Assembly (NCBI GenBank): GCA_043826455.1
Contig: JBDRQD010000048.1
Location: forward strand, 128,001 to 192,000
DNA from: Candidatus Bathyarchaeota archaeon
GTDB taxonomy: Archaea > Thermoproteota > Bathyarchaeia > TCS64
Direction: 5' to 3'
DNA length: 64,000 nucleotides
Part shown: in pieces, positions 8,018 through 17,552 of the stretch
How the letters are laid out: every line of letters begins with the position of its first letter
Numbering within the stretch: position 1 is the stretch's first letter
Position numbers and translations under genes: made by a program
The notes under the pieces: model-generated
What the model was told of the DNA's origin: nothing
What the model saw: only the letters and a program-made list of their open reading frames with translations
Databases searched by the model: none

Positions 8018-9702
8018 GGTAGATCATCCGTCAATATGTCCTTTAAACCCATCCCTGGGGGGATCATGGGGTACACGTTCTCCTCGGGGTCTATGGGCAC
8101 CTCTATCACCGTGGTGTAGTCCGCCGCAGCGGCTCTCCTCAGCTCCGTGTTCAGCTCCTTCATGGTCTCCGTCTTGACGCCGTGGGCTCCGTAGGTCTTG
8201 ACAAGCTCCGTGAAGTCCAAGGTGTAATCCCTTTTCACGGCCGAGTATCTGCCCCCCATGAAGAGGCGCTGCCACTGGGCCACCATGCCCAGCATCCTGT
8301 TGTTGAGCACCACCACCACTATGGGCAGGTCCTCGTCCACGGCTACCGCCAGGTTGTTCTCCGTCATGGCGAAGCTGCCGTCCCCGCTTATGTTCAGCAC
8401 CACCCTGTCGGGTCTGGCCGCCTTGGCGCCTATGGCTGCGGGGGTCCCCCACCCCATGGTGCCCAGGCCGCCGGAGGTGAGGAAGGTGCCGGGCTCGTAG
8501 ACGTCGTAGTGGAGGGCCGCCAGCATCTGGTGCTGGCCCACGTCGGTGGTCACCAAGGCGTCCCCGGGGAGGGCGCGTCTGATGGCCTTGATGACTGCGG
8601 GACCCGTTATCCCGTTGGCGTACTCCGGCACCTCGTAGCTGCGCCTGAACTCCTCTATCTTGTGGGCCCACTCGCCGTTGCCTCCCTCGGCCCTCCTCAG
8701 GGCCCTGATCTGTTCCACCAGGCCCCTGATGCAGGGCTTGGCGTCTCCCCAGACCTTGATGACGCTCTCCACGTTCTTGTCTATCTCGCTGCGGTCAATG
8801 TCCATGTGGATGATCCTGGCGCCTGGGGCGAACCCGGCCAGGGCCCCGGTGGTCCTGTCACTGAACCTGCTGCCCACCACCAGGAGCACGTCCGCGTCGG
8901 GCACTAGGTAGTTGGCCTCCGCCCTGCCGTGCATCCCCAGGAGCCCCAGGCTCAGGGGGTGGTTGCTGGGTATGGAGCCCTTGCCCATGAGGCTGGTGGC
9001 CGTGGGCGCCATGAGCAGCTCAGCCAGCTCGGTCAGCTCCCTGCCTGCCCCGGCGCTCACCACCCCACCGCCCGCCACTATGACGGGCTGCCTGGCCTCA
9101 GAGAGTACCTTGGCCGCCCACTCCAGCTCCGTGGGGTCCGGCTGTAACCTGGGCCTGTAGCCGGGGAAACTCACCTCGGCGTCGAAGTCCATGTCCGCGG
9201 ACTCTGTGGTGACGTTCTTGGGCAAGTCCACCAGCACGGCCCCCTTCCTGCCCGTGTTAGCCACATACATGGCCGCCTTCACGGCCCAGGGTATGCGCCC
9301 GGGCTCCCTCACCTGGTGGTTCCACTTGGTGATGCTGGCGGTGACGCCGATGATGTCCACCTCCTGGAAGGCGTCGGTGCCCACCATGCTCATGCTCACC
9401 TGGCCTGTGAAGGCCACCAGGGGGCTGCTGTCCAGCTGGGCCGTGGCGACGCCTGTGACTATGTTGGTGGCGCCGGGTCCGCTGGTCACCTGGACCACGC
9501 CGGGCCGCCCGGAGGCCCTGGCGTAGCCGTCGGCCATGTGGGCGCTGCCCTGCTCGTGGACGCCCGGCACGTACCTCATGTCGGTGTTCAGCATCTCGTC
9601 GCATATGGGTATCAGGGCCGCGCCCGTGATACCGAATACGTGTGTAACTCCCTCCTTCTCCAGGGCCCTGACGTAGGCCCTGGCTCCTGTCATCTCAGTC
9701 AT
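8014..9702 (-). CDS. ilvB: Acetolactate synthase large subunit (ThDP/FAD)
   Basis: HEQGSAHMADGYAR, TSGPGATN, GMHG, SGGLGTMG, GDGSF...NN. Confidence 0.95.
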   Translation of the reverse strand: MTEMTGARAYVRALEKEGVTHVFGITGAALIPICDEMLNTDMRYVPGVHEQGSAHMADGYARASGRPGVVQVTSGPGATNIVTGVATAQLDSSPLVAFTGQVSMSMVGTDAFQEVDIIGVTASITKWNHQVREPGRIPWAVKAAMYVANTGRKGAVLVDLPKNVTTESADMDFDAEVSFPGYRPRLQPDPTELEWAAKVLSEARQPVIVAGGGVVSAGAGRELTELAELLMAPTATSLMGKGSIPSNHPLSLGLLGMHGRAEANYLVPDADVLLVVGSRFSDRTTGALAGFAPGARIIHMDIDRSEIDKNVESVIKVWGDAKPCIRGLVEQIRALRRAEGGNGEWAHKIEEFRRSYEVPEYANGITGPAVIKAIRRALPGDALVTTDVGQHQMLAALHYDVYEPGTFLTSGGLGTMGWGTPAAIGAKAARPDRVVLNISGDGSFAMTENNLAVAVDEDLPIVVVVLNNRMLGMVAQWQRLFMGGRYSAVKRDYTLDFTELVKTYGAHGVKTETMKELNTELRRAAAADYTTVIEVPIDPEENVYPMIPPGMGLKDILTDDLP

Positions 9703-9788
9703 GTTTGGCTGCCTCCCACTCCCGCCTCACCTTGAAGGGCTGGGCGGGCACGTTAGTAGAAGTTTTACGTTTGGTTTCTCTGCGGGGT

Positions 9789-9812
9789 CTACCTAAGAAT
9801 ACGATACCCCAT
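9789..9812 (-). CDS. Putative leader peptide uORF2 (MGYRILR)
   Basis: ATG directly follows the TGA of uORF1; GGAGG inside uORF1; mirrored in the second ilvB leader. Confidence 0.55.
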   Translation of the reverse strand: MGYRILR

Positions 9813-9857
9813 TCAGCTCTGCCCCTCCGCTGGGGGCCCGACAAAACGATACCCCAT
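9813..9857 (-). CDS. Putative leader peptide uORF1 (MGYRFVGPPAEGQS)
   Basis: GAGGAG upstream; TATA-like TTTTTATT at 9904-9911; mirrored in the second ilvB leader. Confidence 0.55.
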   Translation of the reverse strand: MGYRFVGPPAEGQS

Positions 9858-9943
9858 TTTCAGTCTCCTCGTACCGTTCGTAATGTTGGATGAAGGCTCA
9901 CCTAATAAAAAGGTTGTCAGTAACGCTTGTTGCATACGAGCGG

Positions 9944-10420
9944 CTAGGGCGGGAATAGGGGCACAAACTTGTAGGTATCGCTGAAGTCTATGCGGTTCTC
10001 CCCCAGCATGGTCTCTATCCTCATGGCGCCCTTGAACTCCCACTCCCAGACCCGGCTCGTCCGGGCAGCCTGTATGTGGGTGCCGCTGGTGGGTGGCAGC
10101 GTCAAGGTTCTCTCCACTATCTGGGGCGTCCCCCCCACCACGGTTATTGGGCCGGCTATGGTGTCCGTGGTCAGGGCCACGCCGTTGAGCATGACGCTGT
10201 AGGGCGTCTCCAGGACGGTGACGCGGACGCCCCGCGGGTTGGTGTACTTGAAGCTGAGGTACATTGTGGAGTCGGTGGGGGTGAACCCCATGATCTGGAC
10301 CTCCACATCCGTGTACATGGCCGACTTCACGTAGCCCCAGTAGTCCAGGGCCACGGCCGCCACTACGATGAGCACCAGCCCGAGGGCTATGAAGGCGGGC
10401 AGTTTCTTGCGCTCAGTCAT
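9944..10420 (-). CDS. LEA_2/WHy-like membrane-anchored protein
   Basis: N-terminal TM helix followed by a beta-rich domain with YTNP. Confidence 0.55.
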   Translation of the reverse strand: MTERKKLPAFIALGLVLIVVAAVALDYWGYVKSAMYTDVEVQIMGFTPTDSTMYLSFKYTNPRGVRVTVLETPYSVMLNGVALTTDTIAGPITVVGGTPQIVERTLTLPPTSGTHIQAARTSRVWEWEFKGAMRIETMLGENRIDFSDTYKFVPLFPP

Positions 10421-10487
10421 CGATGAATGTGGGGGCTCATGGCGAATAAAAGTGTGGCTTGTTTCAAATCACGTGTTATTTCAAGCA

Positions 10488-11237
10488 CTAGCTGAGCTTC
10501 TTGAAAACATATATTGCCCATCCCTGTGCGTCTCGTCCTTCCTCCAAGTACGCGTTCTTATATCCCAGAATCTTTGAGAGAAGCTCCTCGTTGTCAGGGT
10601 CGTCGGGGTTCTCAGTCAAGTGTTGCTCAACTGCCAGCCACTGGAGGCTCTCATAGTGATCCCAGTCATCCTCGTCGCTCATGATGGTGTAAACACACCT
10701 CATACCCATGTCCTCACCAACCCGTATGTTCTCGAGGTGGCTTCCGCAGTCCTCTTTCTTCATCTTCTGGGACTCAAGATACTCGTCACTCGGCTCCCTC
10801 ATCCAGAAGGGTTCGCCGACGACAACCCAGCCACCGGGGGCAGTCATCTCTGAGAGCGTCTTTAAGGTCCCTCTGTGGCCGCCGTAGACCCAGCTCGCGC
10901 CGATGCAGCTAGCTAAACGGAACTTCTCACAGTTTCTAGGCTTATAGTCCGCTCCATCCATCTCCAAGAAATCCAGGTCCGCCTCAGGCACCCGTCCCTG
11001 TTTCTTTTCTCTACAGTAACGGATACAGAACGGTGACTTGTCTACGCCGACCCCTGATACGTCGTACAGCTCAGCGAGCCTGACGAGGAACTCACCCTTA
11101 CCGCACGCGATGTCTAGAACACGGTCCTTCTTCTTCAAGGGAAGTACATCGCATAGCCTGTAGAATTTCTCCCTATTCATGGGGTTGCAGACGAGGTGCT
11201 TCTTATGGGTGATGTCGAAGAACTTCCAGCGGTCCAT
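10488..11237 (-). CDS. Class I SAM-dependent methyltransferase
   Basis: VLDIACGKGE, GVD, CIGASW, PGG-VVVGEPFW. Confidence 0.88.
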   Translation of the reverse strand: MDRWKFFDITHKKHLVCNPMNREKFYRLCDVLPLKKKDRVLDIACGKGEFLVRLAELYDVSGVGVDKSPFCIRYCREKKQGRVPEADLDFLEMDGADYKPRNCEKFRLASCIGASWVYGGHRGTLKTLSEMTAPGGWVVVGEPFWMREPSDEYLESQKMKKEDCGSHLENIRVGEDMGMRCVYTIMSDEDDWDHYESLQWLAVEQHLTENPDDPDNEELLSKILGYKNAYLEEGRDAQGWAIYVFKKLS

Positions 11238-11345
11238 GCTTCATCAGCGAGGTCTATCGTTTAAAATAGTTACGTGAACACTGCGGGGGCACGTTAAACT
11301 ACGCTTTTGTACAACAAATAGGGAAATGAAGAGAATTGAGGGCGC

Positions 11346-12344
11346 CTACTTCTCCAATCCGCTCATCCTGCGGACCTGACGCCCGACCTTCTCGATCTCC
11401 AGGGCGTCGCACTCCGCCATGAGCTCCTCGAACTTCTTGGCCCCCGCCTTGCTCTCAGCGATCCAGGCCTTGGCGAAGCTGCCGTCACGGACCGCCTTCA
11501 GCGCCTCCCGCATGTTGGCCTCAACATGATCATCAACGATCACTGGGCCCACGGTCATGCCTCCCCACTTGGCGGTGTCGCTCACGGCCCGGTACATGCC
11601 TCCGATGCCGCTCTTGTATATGAGGTCCACTATGAGCTTCAGCTCGTTGCACACCTCGAAGTACGCCAGTTCAGGCGGGTACCCGGCCTCCGTAAGCACC
11701 TTGAAGCCGCGCCTGATGAGCTGGTCAACGCCTCCGCAGAGGACGGCCTGCTCGCCGAAGAGGTCCGACTCGGTCTCGTTCTTGTAGGTGGTCTCGATGA
11801 CGCCCGCCCGGCCGCTGCCCAGGGCCTTGGCTACGGCCAGGGCCTTCTTGAGGGCCTGGCCTGAGGCGTCCTGGTGGACCGCCACCAGTGCGGGGACCCC
11901 GAACCCGGCCTCGTACTGGCGCCTCATCTCGGGGCCTGGGCTCTTGGGGGCCACCATGATGACATCCACGTCCTTTGGCGGCTTAATCTCCCCGAAGTGG
12001 ATGTTGAACCCGTGGGCGAACTGGAGGGCCTTGCCCGGCGTCATGGCCAGGGCCACCTCCTCCTTGTAGACGCTAGGCTGCGCCATGTCCGGCATCAGCA
12101 TCAGCACCACGTCGCCCCTCTGGGCGGCCTCCAGGTGGGTCACGGGCTTGAACCCGTCCTCCTGGGCCCGCTTCCAGCTCTTCCCTCCGGGCCTGAGCCC
12201 CACCACTACGTTTACGCCGCTGTCCCTCATGTTGAGGGCCTGGGCTCTACCCTGGCTCCCGTAGCCTAGGACGGCCACGGTCTTTCCCTTCAAGACTGAC
12301 TCGTCTATGTCCTTGTCGTGGTAAACCTTCACCAATCTATTCAC
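11346..12344 (-). CDS. ilvC: Ketol-acid reductoisomerase
   Basis: [37 protein letters not shown]. Confidence 0.96.
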   Translation of the reverse strand: MNRLVKVYHDKDIDESVLKGKTVAVLGYGSQGRAQALNMRDSGVNVVVGLRPGGKSWKRAQEDGFKPVTHLEAAQRGDVVLMLMPDMAQPSVYKEEVALAMTPGKALQFAHGFNIHFGEIKPPKDVDVIMVAPKSPGPEMRRQYEAGFGVPALVAVHQDASGQALKKALAVAKALGSGRAGVIETTYKNETESDLFGEQAVLCGGVDQLIRRGFKVLTEAGYPPELAYFEVCNELKLIVDLIYKSGIGGMYRAVSDTAKWGGMTVGPVIVDDHVEANMREALKAVRDGSFAKAWIAESKAGAKKFEELMAECDALEIEKVGRQVRRMSGLEK

Positions 12345-12830
12345 CTACAGTTTTAGCCGCCCCTTCTCCAGGGCGGTGACTCCCGTCCTCGACATCTCTA
12401 CGACGCCGACGCTCTTAACGTAATCCAGGAACTGGTCCAGCTCCTCGGGCGTCCCGCTCACCTCAGCCATGATGTTGTCCTCGTCTATGTCTAGGACCAG
12501 GCCGTGCTGGTTGTTGATGAGGCGCAGGGCGTCTTCCCGGGCCATGGGGTCCCTGGTACTCAGCTTCACCAGCAGCATCTCCCGCCGCACAATACGCAGC
12601 GGGTCCAGGCGCTTCACCTTCACCACCTCCACCATCTTGTCCAGCTGCTCCAGGAGGTTGTTCAGGGTCCTGGGGTCAGCCTCCACGGTGATGGTCATCC
12701 TGCTGTACCTGGAGTCCTCCAGGGCCCCCACGGTTATGCTGTCGATGTTGAAGCCCCGGCGCCTGAACAGGTTGCTCACGTTGAAGAGGACCCCCGGCTG
12801 GTTCTCCACCAGGAAGCTGACGGTGTGCAC
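12345..12830 (-). CDS. ilvN: Acetolactate synthase regulatory subunit
   Basis: ENQPGVL, FRRRGFNIDSITVG, EMSRTG. Confidence 0.93.
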   Translation of the reverse strand: MHTVSFLVENQPGVLFNVSNLFRRRGFNIDSITVGALEDSRYSRMTITVEADPRTLNNLLEQLDKMVEVVKVKRLDPLRIVRREMLLVKLSTRDPMAREDALRLINNQHGLVLDIDEDNIMAEVSGTPEELDQFLDYVKSVGVVEMSRTGVTALEKGRLKL

Positions 12831-14519
12831 CTAGTCGGCCTCCATGAGGGTGTCCTTCAGCCCCATCCCCGGGGGCACCATGGGCATCACGTTCTCCTCG
12901 GGGTCGATGGGCACGTCGATGACAGTGGGCACGTCGGCCTTCATGGCCCTCCGCACCGCGGCCCTGAACTCGTCGTAGGAGGCCACCCTGACGCCCTCGG
13001 CCCCGTAGGCGCCGGCCAGCTTAACGAAGTCCGGGTTGCCCTTCAGCTTCACCGCCGAGTACCTGCGGTTGTAGAAGAGGCGCTGCCACTGGGCCACCAT
13101 GCCCAGCACGTTGTTGTTCAGCACCACCACTATGACGGGGAGCTCCTCCTCCACCGCCGTTGCCAGCCCGTTCTCCGTCATGCCGAAGCTGCCGTCCCCG
13201 GCGATGTCCACCACCGGGACCCCCGGCTTGGCCGCCTTGGCCCCGATGGCTGCGGGGAAACCCCACCCCATGGTTCCTAGGCCGCCGCTGGTGAAGAAAG
13301 TTCGGGGCATGTACGCGTCGAAGTGGAGGGCCGCCCACATCTGGTTCTGGCCCACCTCCGTGGTGACTATGGCGTCCCTGGGCAGCTCCTGCCGCAGGGC
13401 CCTGATGACCTTGGGGGCCCGCAGGTAGGGGGGCCTCTCCTCGCCGTTTTCACCCATGTCGCACCTGAGCTCCCCTATGCGTTTGGTCCACTCGGGGCTG
13501 GTCTTGACCGTGCGAAGCACCTTCACCCTGTCCAGGAGGCCCCTGAGGGCCAGCCCGGCGTCGCCCACCACCTTGGTCAATGTCTCTACGTTCTTATCGA
13601 TCTCGCTGCGGTCGATGTCTATGTGGATGACCTTGGTGTTGGGGGCGAACTCGCTGATCTTGCCGGTGGTCCTGTCGCTGAAGCGTGACCCCACCACCAG
13701 GAGCACGTCGGACTTGGGGACCATCATGTTGGCCTCCATGGTGCCGTGCATCCCGCAAAGGCCCAAGCTCAGGGGATGGTCGCTGGGTATGGCCCCCTTG
13801 CCCATGAGGCTGGTGGCCGTGGGCGCCAGCAGGAACTCGGCCAGGGCCGTAAGCTCACCGCTGGCCCCAGCCGCTATGACGCCGCCCCCGGCCATGATGA
13901 TGGGCCTCTCGGCCTCAGCCAGTATCTTGGCGGCCCAGTCCAGCTCCTCGGGGCTGGGCGCCTTCGGCGGCGAGTAACCTCTGAAGCTCACCTCTTCCGG
14001 GAACACCATCTCAGCTGACTCGGTGGTGCAGTCCTTGGGTATGTCCACCAGGACGGCCCCCTTCCTGCCCGTGTCGGCCACGTAGAAGGCCCTCTTCACG
14101 GCCACAGGAATCTCCTCCGGGCTCGTCACCGGGATGTTGTACTTGGTGACGCTGGCCGAGACCCCTATTATGTCGCACTCCTGGAAAGCGTCGGTCCCTA
14201 TCACAGGCCTGTTCACCTGGCCCGTGAAGGCTACCACGGGGCTGCTGTCGATCTGAGCAGTGGCCAGGCCCGTGACTAGGTTAGTGGCACCGGGCCCGCT
14301 GGTGGCCATGCAGACTCCCACCTTGTTGAGGGCCCGTGCGTAGCCGTCGGCCATGTGGGCGGCGCCCTGCTCGTGGCGCGCCAGGATGAACCTCATGTCG
14401 CTGTTGAGCAGCTCGTCGCATATGGGGATCAGTGAGCCGCCGCTGATGCCGAAGATGTGCCTGGTGCCCTCCCGCTCCAGGGCCTTGACGAAGGCGCGGG
14501 CCCCGGTCATCTCAGTCAT
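12831..14519 (-). CDS. ilvB: Acetolactate synthase large subunit
   Basis: RHEQGAAHMADGYAR, TSGPGATN, GDGSF; second copy. Confidence 0.95.
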   Translation of the reverse strand: MTEMTGARAFVKALEREGTRHIFGISGGSLIPICDELLNSDMRFILARHEQGAAHMADGYARALNKVGVCMATSGPGATNLVTGLATAQIDSSPVVAFTGQVNRPVIGTDAFQECDIIGVSASVTKYNIPVTSPEEIPVAVKRAFYVADTGRKGAVLVDIPKDCTTESAEMVFPEEVSFRGYSPPKAPSPEELDWAAKILAEAERPIIMAGGGVIAAGASGELTALAEFLLAPTATSLMGKGAIPSDHPLSLGLCGMHGTMEANMMVPKSDVLLVVGSRFSDRTTGKISEFAPNTKVIHIDIDRSEIDKNVETLTKVVGDAGLALRGLLDRVKVLRTVKTSPEWTKRIGELRCDMGENGEERPPYLRAPKVIRALRQELPRDAIVTTEVGQNQMWAALHFDAYMPRTFFTSGGLGTMGWGFPAAIGAKAAKPGVPVVDIAGDGSFGMTENGLATAVEEELPVIVVVLNNNVLGMVAQWQRLFYNRRYSAVKLKGNPDFVKLAGAYGAEGVRVASYDEFRAAVRRAMKADVPTVIDVPIDPEENVMPMVPPGMGLKDTLMEAD

Positions 14520-14626
14520 GTTTGCTCAGCTCCCATGTTCTGCTGAGGCGGTACCCCGCCGGGGCTCCGCCGTGCTCTGGTTCTCGGACGCTAGAATACT
14601 TCTTAGCGTGGTTCAGTCGTTTGGGT

Positions 14627-14653
14627 CTACGATATAATAAAACGATACCCCAT
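14627..14653 (-). CDS. Putative leader peptide uORF2 (MGYRFIIS)
   Basis: TAA-ATG junction with uORF1; GGAGG inside uORF1. Confidence 0.55.
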   Translation of the reverse strand: MGYRFIIS

Positions 14654-14695
14654 TTAAGCCCCCTCCGCCCGGGGGTTGACAAAGCAATTCCCCAT
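14654..14695 (-). CDS. Putative leader peptide uORF1 (MGNCFVNPRAEGA)
   Basis: GGAG upstream; TATA-like TTTTTATT at 14742-14749. Confidence 0.55.
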   Translation of the reverse strand: MGNCFVNPRAEGA

Positions 14696-14966
14696 TTTTT
14701 GGTCTCCAGTTGGGTAGGTAACATGAAGGGCAGGGTGAGCCAATAAAAAGCTTACTACTGTACGTATTCATACACACAAGCATAATTCCTGTTCCGAATG
14801 TCTCTCAGGTGAGGCGGGTTCTGGATAAACGACTAAAGTTGGACAGGCCTCATTTTCCCCATATCTTCAACGAGTCCAGGCAGCATTCATGCGGCTCACC
14901 GGGGCCGCGGCTCTCCGCCACCTTAACAGTTATCTCCTCGGCCCCAACAAATACATGAGGAAAGAT

Positions 14967-16187
14967 ATGAGCTACTTCACGCACCTTGATTGCTCGGCCT
15001 GCGGCGAGGAGCACGACGCCACCATCGTCCAGACCGTGTGCAAGAAATGTGGAAAACCTCTCCTGGCCAGGTACGACCTGGGGAGAGTAGCGGAGGAGGT
15101 GACCAAACGGGAGCTGGTGGGCCGAGAGGCCACCATGTGGAGGTACTGGGAGATGCTCCCCGTCAAGAGCAGGAAGAACGTGGTGAGCCTCGGGGAGGGG
15201 TGGACCCCCCTGACGCCTGCGCCCCGCCTCGGAGAGGAGATCGGGCTACCCGACCTCTTGGTCAAGGACGAGGGCGTCATACCCACGGGCAGCTTCAAGG
15301 CCCGCGGCCTGGCCATGGCCGTGAGCAAAGCCAAGGAACTAGGCATAAAGCGCGTCGCCCTGCCTTCGGCCGGCAACGCCGCCGGCTCCATGGCCGCCTA
15401 CGGGGCCCGCGCCGGGATGGAGGTCTACGTCTTCATGCCCAAGGACGCCCCCAAGGTGAACATGGTGGAGAGCGAGATCGTCGGCGCCAAGGTGGTGCTG
15501 GTGGACGGCTTCATCACCGACGCCGGGAAGCTGGTGAAGGAGGGCATCAGCGAGATGGGCTGGTTCAACGTGACCACCCTGGGCGAGCCCTACAGGATCG
15601 AGGGCAAGAAGACCATGGGCCTGGAGGTGGCCGAGCAGCTCGACTGGCGTCTCCCCGACGTGATAGTGTACCCAACAGGCGGAGGCACGGGCATCATAGG
15701 CATGTGGAAGGTCTTCGACGAGCTGGAGGAGATGGGCTGGATAGGCAGCGAGCGGCCCAGGATGGTGAGCGTCCAGGCCGAGGGCTGCGCCCCCATAGTC
15801 AAGGCCTACAACGAGGGCAAGAAGGAGTCGGAGTACTTCCAGAACGCCAAGACTCTGGCCGCCGGCCTTAGGGTACCCAAGGCCCTGGGCGACTTCCTGA
15901 TACTTAGGGCGGCCAGGGAGAGCGGAGGCACCTGCATAGCCGTCAGCGACGAGGAGATCATGGACAGCGTGGGCCAGATCGGCCGGGCCGAGGGTCTCTT
16001 CGCGTGCCCCGAGGGTGCGGCCACCCTGGCGGCCCTGAAGAAGATGCTGGCGGACGGTCAGGTGGACAGGGACGAGAAGGTGGTCCTCTTCAACACGGGT
16101 TCGGGCCTCAAGTACGTGGATCTGTTCGAGGTGCACGCCTCCGTGGCGGACCCCAGGAAGCCCTTCAACTACCGGAGCCTACTCTGA
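14967..16187 (+). CDS. thrC: Threonine synthase
   Basis: N-terminal CxxC/CxxC, SLGEGWTPL, PTGSFKARG, SAGN, EGKKT, FNTGSGLK. Confidence 0.9.
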   Translation: MSYFTHLDCSACGEEHDATIVQTVCKKCGKPLLARYDLGRVAEEVTKRELVGREATMWRYWEMLPVKSRKNVVSLGEGWTPLTPAPRLGEEIGLPDLLVKDEGVIPTGSFKARGLAMAVSKAKELGIKRVALPSAGNAAGSMAAYGARAGMEVYVFMPKDAPKVNMVESEIVGAKVVLVDGFITDAGKLVKEGISEMGWFNVTTLGEPYRIEGKKTMGLEVAEQLDWRLPDVIVYPTGGGTGIIGMWKVFDELEEMGWIGSERPRMVSVQAEGCAPIVKAYNEGKKESEYFQNAKTLAAGLRVPKALGDFLILRAARESGGTCIAVSDEEIMDSVGQIGRAEGLFACPEGAATLAALKKMLADGQVDRDEKVVLFNTGSGLKYVDLFEVHASVADPRKPFNYRSLL

Positions 16188-16237
16188 CCCGTTCAGCAAC
16201 CTTTTTCCCCTACTACTCTTCTTTCACGCGATACATC

Positions 16238-17146
16238 TTGCCTGAAGCAGCGGCCTTCGCCCCAGGGCACCTCACGGGCCTATTCCAGATATGCGATCAG
16301 CCCGAGGACCCCCTGCTGAAGGGGGCAAGGGGATCAGGGGTCAGCCTCACCCGTGGCACCCACACCACCGTCACAGCTGAGGTCAGCCGCCGCCACAGCC
16401 ACACCGTGGCCATCAACGGGGAGACCATGGCCGACGCCGTGGTCAGCGAGAACGTCCTGGGCAAGTACCTGCCCCGACTCACCAGGCCCCACAGCATACG
16501 CATCAGCCACATCATCGACACGCCCCTCACCGCGGGCTTCGGTAGCAGCGGCGGCGGGGCCCTCAGCCTAAGCCTGGCCCTCAACCAGGCCCTGGGTACA
16601 GGCTTAACTAGGGTCCAGGCGGCCCAGATCGCCCACGTGGCTGAGATAGAGTGTGGCACCGGCCTGGGCAGCGTCTTCGCCGCCAACGTGGGCGGCTTCG
16701 GGGTTCTCCACAGGCCCGGGGCACCGGGCGTCGGCGCCAGCGTGTCCTACCCCAGGAGCCGTGAGCTGAGCGTCGTGTACCTCTACTATGGGCCCATCAA
16801 GACCAAGGAGGCCCTGGGGAACCCTGAGCTGCGGAGCAGGATCAACCAGATAGGTGGCGGGTACGTGGACGAGTTGCACAGGGGGCTCACCCCCGAGAGG
16901 TTCATGAGGCTCTCCAGGCAGTTCACGGAGCACGTAGGCCTCGTCACCCCCCGGCTGAGACGGGTATTCGACGCCATGGACTCCGAGGGCGTGGTCTTCA
17001 CCATGGCCATGTTCGGTGAGGTGGCCTTCACGGTTCAGCTCAGGGACGGGGCTGAGGATGTGGCTGACCTTGTGCGGGGGAAGGGCTTGGCTGAACCCGT
17101 GGTGTGTGGCATAGACACTCGTGGAGCAGTCCTGCTAGGCGACTAG
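16238..17146 (+). CDS. Pantoate kinase (GHMP family, archaeal CoA pathway)
   Basis: AFAPGHLTGLF, GARGSGVSL, GFGSSGGGAL, AHVAEI..GTGLGSV; TTG start inferred. Confidence 0.85.
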   Translation: MPEAAAFAPGHLTGLFQICDQPEDPLLKGARGSGVSLTRGTHTTVTAEVSRRHSHTVAINGETMADAVVSENVLGKYLPRLTRPHSIRISHIIDTPLTAGFGSSGGGALSLSLALNQALGTGLTRVQAAQIAHVAEIECGTGLGSVFAANVGGFGVLHRPGAPGVGASVSYPRSRELSVVYLYYGPIKTKEALGNPELRSRINQIGGGYVDELHRGLTPERFMRLSRQFTEHVGLVTPRLRRVFDAMDSEGVVFTMAMFGEVAFTVQLRDGAEDVADLVRGKGLAEPVVCGIDTRGAVLLGD

Positions 17147-17158
17147 AAAGGGCGGCGC

Positions 17159-17416
17159 CTACACCCTGATGGGGATCAGGATCTCCGTTATGTAATGCGT
17201 CATGTGGATTGGGCGGGGCACCTTCCTGCTCATCTCCTGGAAGTGGTCGAAGCCGTTGGCCTGGAACAGCCACACGTAGTTCCACTTCTCGTTCATGCTG
17301 CCGAAGAGGCCCTCATGTTCGACTGCGGTCTCGATGCAGGCCTTCTGCATCTTCTTGTCGTGCTCCTTGAGCTCCTTGCGTGTGCCTGTCCAGTCGAAGT
17401 AAAGCAGGATTTTCAT
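17159..17416 (-). CDS. Hypothetical protein
   Basis: 85-aa ORF with host-like codon usage. Confidence 0.55.
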   Translation of the reverse strand: MKILLYFDWTGTRKELKEHDKKMQKACIETAVEHEGLFGSMNEKWNYVWLFQANGFDHFQEMSRKVPRPIHMTHYITEILIPIRV

Positions 17417-17552
17417 CCGTCGGTCCCCTTGACGTATCCCACCATCCATATATCCTTATCGCTCCGTGAACCCTCATAAGAGGCTTACAGTTAACGCGGC
17501 CACTGCGAGCACAATCCATAATAGATAACGGTGTGACCCTTGTAACCTGTCA

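Noticed and set aside
9789..9857. Mini CRISPR array from the ACGATACCCCATT repeats
   Set aside because: Only two ~13-bp copies per locus, no cas genes, and both loci sit in ilvB leaders.
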